From the NCBI GenBank assembly GCA_040901985.1, contig JBBDYC010000014.1, positions 17,755 through 81,754 on the forward strand: a stretch of 64,000 nt of DNA, given 5' to 3'. A model generated the notes under the pieces. The model did not search any database. It saw only the letters and a list, made by a program, of their open reading frames with translations, and was not told the DNA's origin. The position numbers were made by a program, and so were the translations under genes. Shown here piece by piece: positions 1-9,403 of this stretch (position 1 is its first letter; each line of letters starts with the position of its first letter). The stretch comes from Gemmatimonadaceae bacterium (GTDB taxonomy: Bacteria > Gemmatimonadota > Gemmatimonadetes > Gemmatimonadales > Gemmatimonadaceae).

Positions 1-809
1 CCAGCCAACTGACCGAGTAGCCGGTCGAGGGCGCCCCCGACGAGCCCTTGATTGGCGTGTGTGTCCCAGCCGCTGAACTCGACGGCCGCCACGTTCGGCC
101 CGTTCGGAGCCCGCATCAGCCGCGCCGCAGCCTCGAGCAGCGGCGTCACCGCTCCCCTGCCTGCCGCACCGCGCGCCATCGGCTCCTCGCCAACATCGGC
201 TTGCTGTTGCACCGCCGCCTCCCACCGACCCGCGAGCGCTCGGTCCCGCCGGTAGAGCGTCGCCAGCCGCTCGAGATACGCGTCGTCCACCACACCGAGT
301 TGCGCGGGCGACCAGGTGCGCACTTCGAATGGGCCGCTCATCGAACGCGGCATTCCTGAGGCGACCGCGAGCCCACTCCGCTCGCCCGGCATCACCTGCA
401 ACAGTCGGTTCAGCCATCCATCTGAACTTCCGATGGGACGGTCGAGTCCAGTTTCGAGCACGGCCTGACCGTCGAAGTGCGACCGCGTCCGGTAGGGAAT
501 CGCCATCGCCTGCAACACCACCAGTTCATCGCGTTGCCAGAACTCGCCAAGGGAGGCGAGTCCGGGCGCGAGCCCGAACAGGTCGTTGAGCGGAGTAAGC
601 TGACTCGCGTCGAACGCCAACTCCCCGCGAAGCGCGCGGTACGCGGGATCGCCATACGGCACCACCGCGGCCAGTCCGTCGAACCCACCGCGGAGCAGCA
701 CGAAGACGAGCCGTCCACCCTGGCGGACCCGCGCAAACCGCACCACAGGCATCCCGAAAGTGGCCAGGCCGCCCGCACACATTGACCCGACGAAGTCACG
801 ACGGTCCAT
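1..809 (-). CDS. DUF1501 family protein, Tat-type signal, 3' end outside window
   Basis: Read manually from ATG at 809: MDRRDFVGSMCAGG...LVFVLLRGGFDGLAAVVPYGDPAY...RSHFDGQ...GWDTHANQG, all typical DUF1501 motifs. Directly follows DUF1800. Confidence 0.88.
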   Translation of the reverse strand, partial: MDRRDFVGSMCAGGLATFGMPVVRFARVRQGGRLVFVLLRGGFDGLAAVVPYGDPAYRALRGELAFDASQLTPLNDLFGLAPGLASLGEFWQRDELVVLQAMAIPYRTRSHFDGQAVLETGLDRPIGSSDGWLNRLLQVMPGERSGLAVASGMPRSMSGPFEVRTWSPAQLGVVDDAYLERLATLYRRDRALAGRWEAAVQQQADVGEEPMARGAAGRGAVTPLLEAAARLMRAPNGPNVAAVEFSGWDTHANQGLVGGALDRLLGQLA

Positions 810-812
810 TGG

Positions 813-2195
813 TCACCTCCACTGAAATGCGGGCGACGCAAACGCGATGGCCGCCCGTTCGGCTGCCGGGATCTCGTCATCCGCGAGGAGCGCAGCGAGC
901 GCGGCATCGTCGGGAACGACCGTCGCGAGCGCCCGAGGGGCGGCAGCGCTGATTCCCACTCCGCGCGCGGCCATCCCGCGCGCCGCACCGGGCGCTGCGT
1001 TTCCCGCCCGTCGCGCGATGGTGCGCGCCAGTTCCGCGCGGTTGAGGAGCGAGTCGGGGTCCGCCCATTCCCGCTGCAGGTCGCCGAACCCCTTGGGGGA
1101 CTGTGGCGACCACATCGGCTGCCGCAACTGCCGGAGGACGTTCAACAGATTCTCCCCGGCTTGACGCGCCCCGGCGGCACGCATCACCGCGACGAGCCAG
1201 TCCTGGGGCGCACGAAACTTCACATTGCGCTCATCCCAGCACTCGGGCAGCGCGACGAGTGCTCGCGCCAGCTCGCGCAGGTCGCCCCCGCTCTCGCGAA
1301 AGACCTGCTCCAGCCGCGCCACGGCACTCGCCGGCGGCGTATCGGCGACGAAGTGGGTCGCGAGCTTCGTGGCGATGTGTTTTGCGGTGGCGGGATGCCT
1401 GCAGAAGGCACGAATCGCGCGCTCCCCCTCGCGCTCACCCTCGCCATAGCGCTCGCCGAGGATCGTCTTTCTCCCGGGCTCGTTGCGGATGGCGACGAAC
1501 CGAAAGGCAGGGACCCCCCTTGCCGCGATGCCATCGGTGGTCCAGCCCGTGAGCAGTCGCGCGAGCTCGGTGACGTCGGCTTGGGTATAGCCGCCTCCGA
1601 CGCCGAGCGTGTGCAGCTCCAACAGCTCTCGCGCATAGTTCTCGTTGAGTCCGAGCTCACGCCTGCCGGACGCGCGCTGGGCCGCTTGCGACCGCGGACC
1701 CACGCTCTGCGCATTGTCGAGGTACACGAGCATCGCGGGGTGGCGCGCGCTCGCGAGGACCATTGCCTCGAACGTCCCAAGTGCATTCGCGCGAATCACG
1801 TCGCGCTCATAGCTGCCCGCGAGCGGACCGACGAGCAACCGACTGCCGACCGAGACGCACAGATGGTCGCCCCAGAACGCAATCAGCCGCTCCGCGAATG
1901 GGCGCTCGCTGGTCGCGCGCATCTCGAGCGTGCTCGCGCTCTCCGCCACCGCGATGAGCACCAGACGTCGCCGCGCCGCGGCGCGCGCGGCGCGGTCCTC
2001 GGAGCGCTGCAGTCGGCGAAACGCGGAGAGCGAGGCTTCAATTTCGGCGCTGGCGGCCCCCGCAGGCACCGAGCGCGCCGGAGGCGCACCGGCCAGCTGC
2101 CCAAGCAGCCATCCGCGGGGGTCGCCAAGTCGGTCCGCCTCGCCTGGGCGTGCGCCAAGACCAAACCGATTGAGCGCGCGAAGTGAACTGCTCAT
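813..2195 (-). CDS. DUF1800 family protein
   Basis: ALNRFGLGARPG, PAMLVYLDNAQS, GLNENYARELLELHTLG and ASPAFQWR motifs. Start taken at MSSSLR. Confidence 0.92.
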   Translation of the reverse strand: MSSSLRALNRFGLGARPGEADRLGDPRGWLLGQLAGAPPARSVPAGAASAEIEASLSAFRRLQRSEDRAARAAARRRLVLIAVAESASTLEMRATSERPFAERLIAFWGDHLCVSVGSRLLVGPLAGSYERDVIRANALGTFEAMVLASARHPAMLVYLDNAQSVGPRSQAAQRASGRRELGLNENYARELLELHTLGVGGGYTQADVTELARLLTGWTTDGIAARGVPAFRFVAIRNEPGRKTILGERYGEGEREGERAIRAFCRHPATAKHIATKLATHFVADTPPASAVARLEQVFRESGGDLRELARALVALPECWDERNVKFRAPQDWLVAVMRAAGARQAGENLLNVLRQLRQPMWSPQSPKGFGDLQREWADPDSLLNRAELARTIARRAGNAAPGAARGMAARGVGISAAAPRALATVVPDDAALAALLADDEIPAAERAAIAFASPAFQWR

Positions 2196-2254
2196 GCCTG
2201 CCAGACGATCCAGGATCGCAATTGTTAGTGTGCAGCGCGGCAGGGCCGGGCCGC

Positions 2255-2956
2255 TCACGAATGCCAGAGCGCCTGCAGGCCGAACGAAGCTCGTTTCCCG
2301 TAGGTCGCCGCGGGCGGGCGGTCCGTCACGTCAATGCAGTTCGGAGTCGCCCCGCACGCGCCGCCGCCCTGGTCCTCGCGATACCAGCGCAGCTCAGCCG
2401 TGAGGACGAAGTAGCACAGGAAGCCAAGCTTCGCGCCGACCGCCGTGTTGAAGCTGTAGTCGTACGAGTCGAGCGCCTCGTACTGATACGAGTCGTCGGT
2501 GAGATCGAACTCCTCGAACTCGCCCTGCGTGTACCAGCCGGGCGCGACGGTCAAGAACGGAACGAGCGCGACAGCGCCGGGAAGCGCGTAGCCGACCGTG
2601 AAATCGACCGAGTGGAAGGTGATCTGGCGCTCGGTGACGCGCCAATCGGTAAACAGTGCCGTCGCGCGATCGTATCCGACCTGCACGAGCCATTTATCGT
2701 CGCCCAGGAGCCACGAGCCGCCGACGCCGAGTGCGATGCCGTCCGCCTCGCTTCGTACCGGCGGGCTGTCCACGCCCCCCGGATCGGTCGGGCGATAGCT
2801 CACCGGCACGTCGGAGAGCGTAGCGCGCTGGTACGAGAGGTAAATCCCCTTGTGAAAGACGGCACGTGCGACCGAAGCACGCTCCTGCGCCGTCGCCCTG
2901 CCGGCAGCCACGACGTGCACAAGCAGTAGCAGCGCAATTGCGTTGCGTCGGGACAT
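2255..2956 (-). CDS. Secreted, probable outer-membrane beta-barrel protein
   Basis: Signal peptide ending ATA-Q, alternating aromatic beta-strands, C-terminal strand ASFGLQALW. Confidence 0.6.
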   Translation of the reverse strand: MSRRNAIALLLLVHVVAAGRATAQERASVARAVFHKGIYLSYQRATLSDVPVSYRPTDPGGVDSPPVRSEADGIALGVGGSWLLGDDKWLVQVGYDRATALFTDWRVTERQITFHSVDFTVGYALPGAVALVPFLTVAPGWYTQGEFEEFDLTDDSYQYEALDSYDYSFNTAVGAKLGFLCYFVLTAELRWYREDQGGGACGATPNCIDVTDRPPAATYGKRASFGLQALWHS

Positions 2957-3186
2957 CCGTGCCTCGCAGTCAATGCAAAGTCGGGGGTGCGCCTACCTGC
3001 TGGCCGAGAACGACACCATCAGGCGGCCCTTCAGACGGCCGGTGTCCGGATCAGACGCGCGGAGCGAACCTGGCTGCACTCCCCTCGCCCGGCGGCCACT
3101 GCGGGGATTCAGCGGTTGGGGGTGCGCAGCGAAGAACACCGCCACGCACCCCCGAATCACAGGCCCAACGGCAACCGCTGTTCGCG

Positions 3187-4224
3187 TTACGTCTTCACCG
3201 CCGTCCAGGTCAGATTCACGGTGCTACTACACCCCGAGAGGCTCCAGTTGAACGTCAGGTTGCCGCTGGCGCTCGTGCCTCCAATGAACGTGCCAGTGAT
3301 GGTCCATCCAAGCGGTGAACCGCTCACGGTCCGATTGATCGTCCCCGACGCAATGCTGAACGGCGTGTTGAAGGTGGTCGTGGTGTTGCCCGTGACTCCG
3401 CACGCCGGAATGCGGAATCCCAGGTAGATCTGCGTCACCGCGTTGTCGACGACGGTGATCCGGACAGTGCTGTCTTGCGATGAGGTCCCGACCCACGTGC
3501 CGCTCAGATCGGGGGTCACATTCAGCGTGACGGTGACGGTGCGCGGCGTGTTGGTTGCGCCCGGGGCGGCTATGGTGATGGTTCCAGTGTAGGTGCCGGC
3601 CGCGAGGCCCGTGGTGTTTGCGGTGACCGTCACGTTCGACGGTGCGCTGCCGCTCCCGGCCGAGAGCGAAAGCCAGGCCTGATCGTCGCCCGCCGTCCAG
3701 TTGAGCGTTCCCCCGCCGGTGTTCGAAATCGCGAGTTCCTGCGCGGCGGGTGACGCCGCGCCGACCATCCCCGAAAACGTCATCGCTGTCGTCGAAACGC
3801 CAATCGTCGATGGAGGCTCAACGGTCAGGGTGACGTTCACCACCTGCGGCGAGTTGGTCGCGGTAGAGGAGGAGATTGCGACAGCGGCGTTGTACGTGCC
3901 CGCCGTCAATCCGGTGGTATTCGCGCTGACGGTGAGCGAAGTACCGGAGCCGCTCGCCGGCGCTAGGCCGACCCAAGCTTGGTTGGCCGTCGCGACCCAC
4001 TCGAGCGTCGAGCCGCCAGTATTGGTAATGGTGACGACCTGCGAAGCCGGGCTGACTCCGTCGGCAACACCGGTGAAGACGAGCGCTGCCACCGAAAGCG
4101 AGATCGTCGGCGGAGGACCCGAGGTGCCGGTGGGTTGATCACACGCGACCGCAAACGCGAGCGGCAGGATCCGACCGGCGCCGAGCAGGGCGCGGATCCT
4201 CCGCCAAGTGACCGGGCGGGTCAT
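3187..4224 (-). CDS. Lipoprotein with two BACON/Ig-like domains
   Basis: Lipobox-like LAFAVAC. Two repeats of ITNTGG.TL.W.A...Q.W...S.G....VT.NTTGL.AGTY. Start MTRPVTW overlaps the upstream stop. Confidence 0.8.
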   Translation of the reverse strand: MTRPVTWRRIRALLGAGRILPLAFAVACDQPTGTSGPPPTISLSVAALVFTGVADGVSPASQVVTITNTGGSTLEWVATANQAWVGLAPASGSGTSLTVSANTTGLTAGTYNAAVAISSSTATNSPQVVNVTLTVEPPSTIGVSTTAMTFSGMVGAASPAAQELAISNTGGGTLNWTAGDDQAWLSLSAGSGSAPSNVTVTANTTGLAAGTYTGTITIAAPGATNTPRTVTVTLNVTPDLSGTWVGTSSQDSTVRITVVDNAVTQIYLGFRIPACGVTGNTTTTFNTPFSIASGTINRTVSGSPLGWTITGTFIGGTSASGNLTFNWSLSGCSSTVNLTWTAVKT

Positions 4225-4784
4225 CACCAGGACCTCCCGAGCGACAGGTTGAGCATCCAGACGAGATAGCGCTCGCTGCCGGCACTTCCCGAGCCGTCCT
4301 TCCACGTGTCGTCCGAGCCGAAGGTGCCGAGCAACCCGCCGAGGACAATCGAGAATCCATTTGGCTTGATCCACCGGTGGCCGAACGTTCCGCCGTACCC
4401 CACGATCTGCGAGTAGAACGTCTGGTTATCGGTCCTCCCGACCTCCACGTGGGGGCCGACGTACCATCGCCGGAGCCGGCTGGCCCCAGGGTAGTAGCGC
4501 CACGTGCCGTAGACGGTCCAGCCCGACTCGATTCCGTCGTTGATCAGGTGGGAGACCAGGCCAAACGCCGGCAGTCGTACGCCTCCGCCGAGGGAGGCCG
4601 CGTCGCTGATCGCGCGCTCGTACTCAATGTTCGGTCCGAGCTGCAGCGGGCCCAGGATGTTCGTGGACAGTGCGGACGAAACCGGCGTATGCCCGGCCGA
4701 CTGCGCAGCGATCTTGGCAAACGGACATCCGAGACAAACAGCGATGGCTAAAGCGGTCGCGAGCGGTCGGGACGATCGTGACAA
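4224..4784 (-). CDS. Small outer-membrane beta-barrel protein (DUF3575-like)
   Basis: TTG start preceded by GGAG, signal peptide, NIEYERAI / WRYYPG / WYVGP / GHRW strands, C-terminal LNLSLGRSW. Confidence 0.65.
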   Translation of the reverse strand: MSRSSRPLATALAIAVCLGCPFAKIAAQSAGHTPVSSALSTNILGPLQLGPNIEYERAISDAASLGGGVRLPAFGLVSHLINDGIESGWTVYGTWRYYPGASRLRRWYVGPHVEVGRTDNQTFYSQIVGYGGTFGHRWIKPNGFSIVLGGLLGTFGSDDTWKDGSGSAGSERYLVWMLNLSLGRSW

Positions 4785-4812
4785 GGCGCTCTCCGGATGA
4801 GGGGTCCCTCCC

Positions 4813-4840
4813 TCATCGCGGAACCGCCGCAATTGTGACC
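4813..4840 (-). promoter_or_regulatory. Putative ECF sigma promoter GGTCAC-N14-CGCGATGA, copy B
   Basis: Same two boxes and spacing as the copy at 8866-8893. Lies about 30 nt upstream of the beta-barrel start codon. Confidence 0.55.
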
Positions 4841-7800
4841 GGGGCAGCCCCGTTCGCGAACAGGACATAGGGTGCCCAGTCGATAGCAGAGACCCCGGCG
4901 GCCCGGAGCGCCAGTTTGGCGCCGCGAACGGCTGCGGCGGGCGATTCGCCCGCCACGAGGCGCGGGTAGAACTCGGCCGCAAAGTCGGCGGAATGCTCGC
5001 CGACCGACCAAAGCGTGGCGACCGTCGCGGCCGCGCCGGCGGCGAGGAAGCTCCGGCTCAGGCTGAGCACCCCCTCGCCCTCCAGCGTGCGTCCGGCCGC
5101 CGTCTCGCACGCGCTGAGAACGACGAGGGCGCCGGCGGAGTTCAACCGCGCGATCTCGGTCGGCGCAAGGTCTCCGTCGTGGCCCGCGTCGGCTGCGAGG
5201 AGCACGCGCGCGTGTTCAGGCCGCGCGGCACTCGCCTCGGCGTGTGTGGCAAAGTGAAGGACCGAAGCGCTCGGGGCGACGGCTCGCAGCGCAGCAACGG
5301 TCGCTCGAGCGCCCTCGAACACGTGCAGCCGTCCTTCGGGAACCGCCCGCCGCATTATCGCCAACTCGCGCGCTGCGCCGGGGGCATCTCGTGCTGTTCC
5401 CGGAGCGAGGGTGAGGATCACCCCAGGTCGCAGTTGCGGGCGCGTTGCTCCGAGCGGCGTCATGGCTTGGGTGATTTCGAATCGGTCCAGAAGCGCGAGC
5501 GTCGCCTCGGTCCTCGGCGCGGCGCGCGTCGGATCGCTGAACGGAAGCGCGTCGAAAGGGACGAGGAAGAGCGCACCGTCCGGCACGATCATAACCCGCT
5601 CGATTCCCGTGAGCAGCGGGATGACCGGCGTGATGATTGCCTCCGAGAGCGCGCGCGCGGCCTCCACGTCGAATCGCGTCCGAGAGCGGTCAAGCATGGT
5701 ACCGACCCGCGCGCGCATCCCGCGTGCAAGGCGCCCGATCGCGGCCCGGATCGAGTCCGCGGGCGTATCGAGTCGCGTAACAGACGCTCCCTGAGGTCCG
5801 ATGACCAACACCGCCGCCACTGTGTCGAGCAGGACGAAGTCGAGGATCGCCTCTTCCGCCGAGGGACGCGGCAGGTGCACCCCGGTGGGTCTTCCCAGCT
5901 TCGAGTCGCCGGACTCGCTGGAGCGCAGTGCACGCGCCTTTCGCCGTTCGGACCAACGCAGGAAATGCGCCGCAGCGCCTGGCCGGTCACGTTCCGCGAT
6001 AATTGCCGCAAGTGCGCCATCGTAGACGCGACGCTGAGCCGACCGGAAGCCCGCGCGATCGGGGTCGAGGGCAATCCCCTCGGCGACAGAATCGGAGAGA
6101 TCGGCCGCGCGAGCGAACATATCGAGTGCAGCGTCAATTTCCCCGGCGCTTGCGTGGAGTTCCGCGGCGAGTCGTCGGGCCGAGATGCGGAGCCGCGCGT
6201 CGCCGCCGCGCTCGATTTCCGCGTGCACGACCGCCGCGCGCCGCCGCGCGCTCGACCCGCTGCGGCCGCTGCCGCCGCGCGCCTGAGCCAACGCGCTGAA
6301 CAGCTCCGCACGTTGCGCCGTCCCAATCTCCCCCACGCTCTGCGCAGCCACACGCGCGCTGTCGGCCAGGCGGTGACCCGCACTCGAATGACCGAGCGCG
6401 AGCTCGACCTCCGCCAGATCCAACGTCAGTTGCGCCCACGCGGCTGTTTGCCCCCGCGCCGTCGTCTCCCGCCGCGCCGCGTCGAAGGCGTCGCGCGCCT
6501 CACCGAACTGGCGGGCCTCGAGAAGCACCGTCGGGAGCAACGCCGCCGATTCCGGGCGCCCGATGGTGCCCCGGCGCTGGTCGTGTCTCCGCGCGAGCCG
6601 CGTCGCTTCGGCGAAGTCGCCCTCGGCAAGCGCCAGCCGCGTCAGCCCCTCAAGCACTCTCGCCGTCTCCTCCTCGACGCCAATGCTGCGGAGGTAATAC
6701 GCGTGCGCGCGGTCGAGGTCGCCGCGCGACTCGTAGTACTCGGCGGCGTAGTTAAACTGCGTGCCGAGCGAGTCGATATCGGCAAGCATCCGCCCGAAGT
6801 GGACCGCCGCCGAGTCCGATTCGCCCCTCGCCTGCAGGAATCGACCGTAGTCGCGCGCGCTCATCATCCTCACCTGATCGAGCCCCCCCATCGCCGCGTA
6901 GTGGACGAAGCGTCCTCCCGCGTCGCGTGCATCGGCGTGCCGCCCCAGGGCCTCGAAGAGGTGCAGAAGATTGTGTTCGACCTCCTTGGCGATCTTCGGG
7001 GAGTCGGCGCGCGCAACGGCGACGCGTGCGCGGACGAGCGAGGACTCCGCGGCCGCCGTCGCGCCGCGCTTGACTTGCACGCGCCCCAGGCGCATCTGCG
7101 CTTCCGCCACGAGCGCGTCGTCGCCCAGCAGCCCCGCGAGGCCGGCAACGCGCTTCCAGACCGCCTCGGCGCGGCCGAGATTCCCCGTATTCAACTCGTG
7201 GAGGCCCACGTCAACCAACACCAAAGCCGCGCCGAGACGGTCGCCTTCGTCGGCCGCGGCGCGGCGCGCGGCATTTGCACTGTCAATCATCGCCGCCGAA
7301 TGGCGTAGTTCGTCTGGTGTAGCGCCCCGCGCGTGGCGGTCGAACGCGAGTCCGTGGACCCCAATGGCGAGCCAATAGCGCGCCCGGAAGCCGGGCCTCG
7401 ACCACGCTGGGTCGGTGCGCGCGCGCGCCTCGGCCTCAACCGCGCGCCCGTGGTCGCCCAGGGCGTGCCAGGCCCCGGCCTCGAGTGCGTAGGAGGCGGC
7501 GCGATGCAACGGGTGATGTCGGAGGTCCTGATGCTCACGTGCCCACCGTTGCTCGGCGCGCCACTGCTCGAGCGAGGTCGTGGGCGCCACGCAGTGCAGC
7601 GCGATGCGCGGTGCGTCCGCCAGCCGTACGCGGAAGCGGATCATCGCGTCATTCACAGGCGGACACCCCGACAGGGTCGAACGGATCACGAGGGAGAACA
7701 TCAACGCGCAGTCGTTGGCGGCCGACGTTGCGTCGCCCACAGACACCGGCTCCGGCGCATATCCGCGCGCGGTTCGCGCGATCTGACCGAGACAATGGCG

Positions 7801-8112
7801 AAGCTTCGGTGAAGTGGCGCGCGCGGCGATCGAGTCGAATTGCGCGAGCGCGCGACTTGAGATATCCGTCCGCAACGCTGCGTAGTACTCGAAGAGAGGA
7901 GGCAGCCAGGTCGGATCGCTGCGAAGGGCGGCCTCGTATTCGTCCCGTGCGACCGCCAACTGCAGATCGAGTTCGGCCTCGAGCGCGCGCACAAAGTGCG
8001 CCCGGGCTTCGGGGCTCCCGGCTGAGGCGTCACGGCGAAGCAACTGGGCCGTGACCGCGCCCAACACGAACACCACTGCCGCACCTGCGGCGATAACCCC
8101 GCTCCTCGTCAC
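4813..8112 (-). CDS. Membrane-anchored TPR-CHAT (caspase-like, clan CD) protease
   Basis: N-terminal hydrophobic helix and TPR-like helical repeats. CHAT motifs IVPDGALFLVPFDAL, LHFATHA (His at 5242-5244), LVVLSACETA (Cys at 5107-5109), VATLWSV and WAPYVLF. Confidence 0.9.
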   Translation of the reverse strand: MTRSGVIAAGAAVVFVLGAVTAQLLRRDASAGSPEARAHFVRALEAELDLQLAVARDEYEAALRSDPTWLPPLFEYYAALRTDISSRALAQFDSIAARATSPKLRHCLGQIARTARGYAPEPVSVGDATSAANDCALMFSLVIRSTLSGCPPVNDAMIRFRVRLADAPRIALHCVAPTTSLEQWRAEQRWAREHQDLRHHPLHRAASYALEAGAWHALGDHGRAVEAEARARTDPAWSRPGFRARYWLAIGVHGLAFDRHARGATPDELRHSAAMIDSANAARRAAADEGDRLGAALVLVDVGLHELNTGNLGRAEAVWKRVAGLAGLLGDDALVAEAQMRLGRVQVKRGATAAAESSLVRARVAVARADSPKIAKEVEHNLLHLFEALGRHADARDAGGRFVHYAAMGGLDQVRMMSARDYGRFLQARGESDSAAVHFGRMLADIDSLGTQFNYAAEYYESRGDLDRAHAYYLRSIGVEEETARVLEGLTRLALAEGDFAEATRLARRHDQRRGTIGRPESAALLPTVLLEARQFGEARDAFDAARRETTARGQTAAWAQLTLDLAEVELALGHSSAGHRLADSARVAAQSVGEIGTAQRAELFSALAQARGGSGRSGSSARRRAAVVHAEIERGGDARLRISARRLAAELHASAGEIDAALDMFARAADLSDSVAEGIALDPDRAGFRSAQRRVYDGALAAIIAERDRPGAAAHFLRWSERRKARALRSSESGDSKLGRPTGVHLPRPSAEEAILDFVLLDTVAAVLVIGPQGASVTRLDTPADSIRAAIGRLARGMRARVGTMLDRSRTRFDVEAARALSEAIITPVIPLLTGIERVMIVPDGALFLVPFDALPFSDPTRAAPRTEATLALLDRFEITQAMTPLGATRPQLRPGVILTLAPGTARDAPGAARELAIMRRAVPEGRLHVFEGARATVAALRAVAPSASVLHFATHAEASAARPEHARVLLAADAGHDGDLAPTEIARLNSAGALVVLSACETAAGRTLEGEGVLSLSRSFLAAGAAATVATLWSVGEHSADFAAEFYPRLVAGESPAAAVRGAKLALRAAGVSAIDWAPYVLFANGAAPVTIAAVPR

Positions 8113-8858
8113 CGCGCCCCCCGAATGCTGTCCGCCAGCGCACGAAGAGGGACGAACGCCGCGCTCGATCCGCGCCGAGGTGGCTCGAGAACCGCCAACG
8201 CCGAGTCCGCGCGCCCGAGTCGGAGCCACGCCTTCGCTCCGAGCCGCCGCGCGTCCACCTCGAACGGGCCGCCGATTTCCGACCACGCGATCTCCAAGGC
8301 AGGCAGGGCCCGAGCGGGGTCGCCGGTCAGCAGCCGAGAGGCTCCGAGGAAGAAGCTCACTCCGGGCGTCGAGTCTTCGACGGCGGCCTCCGTCAACCTG
8401 GCCGCCGCGCGAGCGTAGTCCCCGCGCAGGTATGCCTCCATCCCGCGGTCAATCAGCGCGGCGGTCGCAGACGCCGGGCGGCCACCGCGCACCGGCTGCG
8501 GGTCGAACAACGGCGCCGTCACCACGTGCAGGGGATCATAGGACGGCCGGAGCGTCCACGGGAGCGACCGCGGGTAGAGCATCAGGGCGACGCTCGCGGC
8601 CACAAGCGTTACGGCGCCAACGACAAGTCCACGTCGCAAGCGCCGAGGTCCTGGCGCCCGTCCAGCAATAAGCGCCCGCTCGAGCGAGGGGCGCGTCGGA
8701 ATGGTCCGGAGCGCGGCGCGCACCCCGGCGCCGAGCCGCACCCGCGCGCGGCACTCGGCGCAACCGAGCAGATGGATCTCGAACGAGTCGAGTTGATCGG
8801 AAGTCAGGGAACCCGCCACATAGGCGGGGGCCTCATCATCAGCGCGCAGGCAGTTCAC
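8109..8858 (-). CDS. Zinc-finger (zf-HC2) transmembrane anti-sigma factor with C-terminal TPR
   Basis: HLLGCAEC (HxxxCxxC), TM segment GLVVGAVTLVAASVALML, TPR-like C-terminus. Overlaps the sigma and CHAT genes by 4 nt each. Confidence 0.82.
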   Translation of the reverse strand: MNCLRADDEAPAYVAGSLTSDQLDSFEIHLLGCAECRARVRLGAGVRAALRTIPTRPSLERALIAGRAPGPRRLRRGLVVGAVTLVAASVALMLYPRSLPWTLRPSYDPLHVVTAPLFDPQPVRGGRPASATAALIDRGMEAYLRGDYARAAARLTEAAVEDSTPGVSFFLGASRLLTGDPARALPALEIAWSEIGGPFEVDARRLGAKAWLRLGRADSALAVLEPPRRGSSAAFVPLRALADSIRGAR

Positions 8859-9403
8859 GAGGCTTTCATCGCGTTACGTGCGGGAACGTGACCATCGGGG
8901 GCGGCCACGGACAGGGCTTCGCGAAGGCGGCCAAGCGCGCGCGACTTGCGCTTGCGGAGGCGCGCGGCCGGCTCGCCGAGCGCGCGCGCGATGCTGCCGA
9001 TCCGTTCGCCATCCACGAAGCAGCGGTGGAGGAGTTCGCGATCAGCGGGCTCAAGTGTCCTGAGCGCGTCGGCGAGTTTCGCGCGCTCTTCTTGGCTCAC
9101 GAGCAATTCGAGCGCATTTGCCCCAGGTTCTGGCGCGTCCACACCGAGTGCGACGACGCGCTGCCGGGCGCGGAGCACGTCCACAATGACGTGCCTGACA
9201 ATTCCGTGCGCCACTGGAGCGATCTCGTGATCCGGCAACGGAGGGCCACGACGCAGGCGATCGAGGAGCCGCGCCACGCACTCCTGCGCCGCGTCGCGCG
9301 CGTCCTCGAGCTCCCCGAGTCGCCGCAGCGCGATGAGCTCCAACCCTTCGCGGAGCTCCGCAAGTCTACTGTCTGGGAACGTCTCTGGCAGCAGGCGCGG
9401 CAA
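8855..9403 (-). CDS. ECF-type RNA polymerase sigma factor
   Basis: Region 2 (DARDAAQE, HGIVRHVIVDVLRAR) and region 4 (L..LEPADRELL...IARALG....RKRKSRALGRLRE). GAGGAG precedes the TTG start. Confidence 0.88.
   Translation of the reverse strand: MPRLLPETFPDSRLAELREGLELIALRRLGELEDARDAAQECVARLLDRLRRGPPLPDHEIAPVAHGIVRHVIVDVLRARQRVVALGVDAPEPGANALELLVSQEERAKLADALRTLEPADRELLHRCFVDGERIGSIARALGEPAARLRKRKSRALGRLREALSVAAPDGHVPARNAMKAS
8866..8893 (-). promoter_or_regulatory. Putative ECF sigma promoter GGTCAC-N14-CGCGATGA, copy A
   Basis: Ends 7 nt upstream of the anti-sigma GTG at 8858. Matches copy B in both boxes and spacing. Confidence 0.55.
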
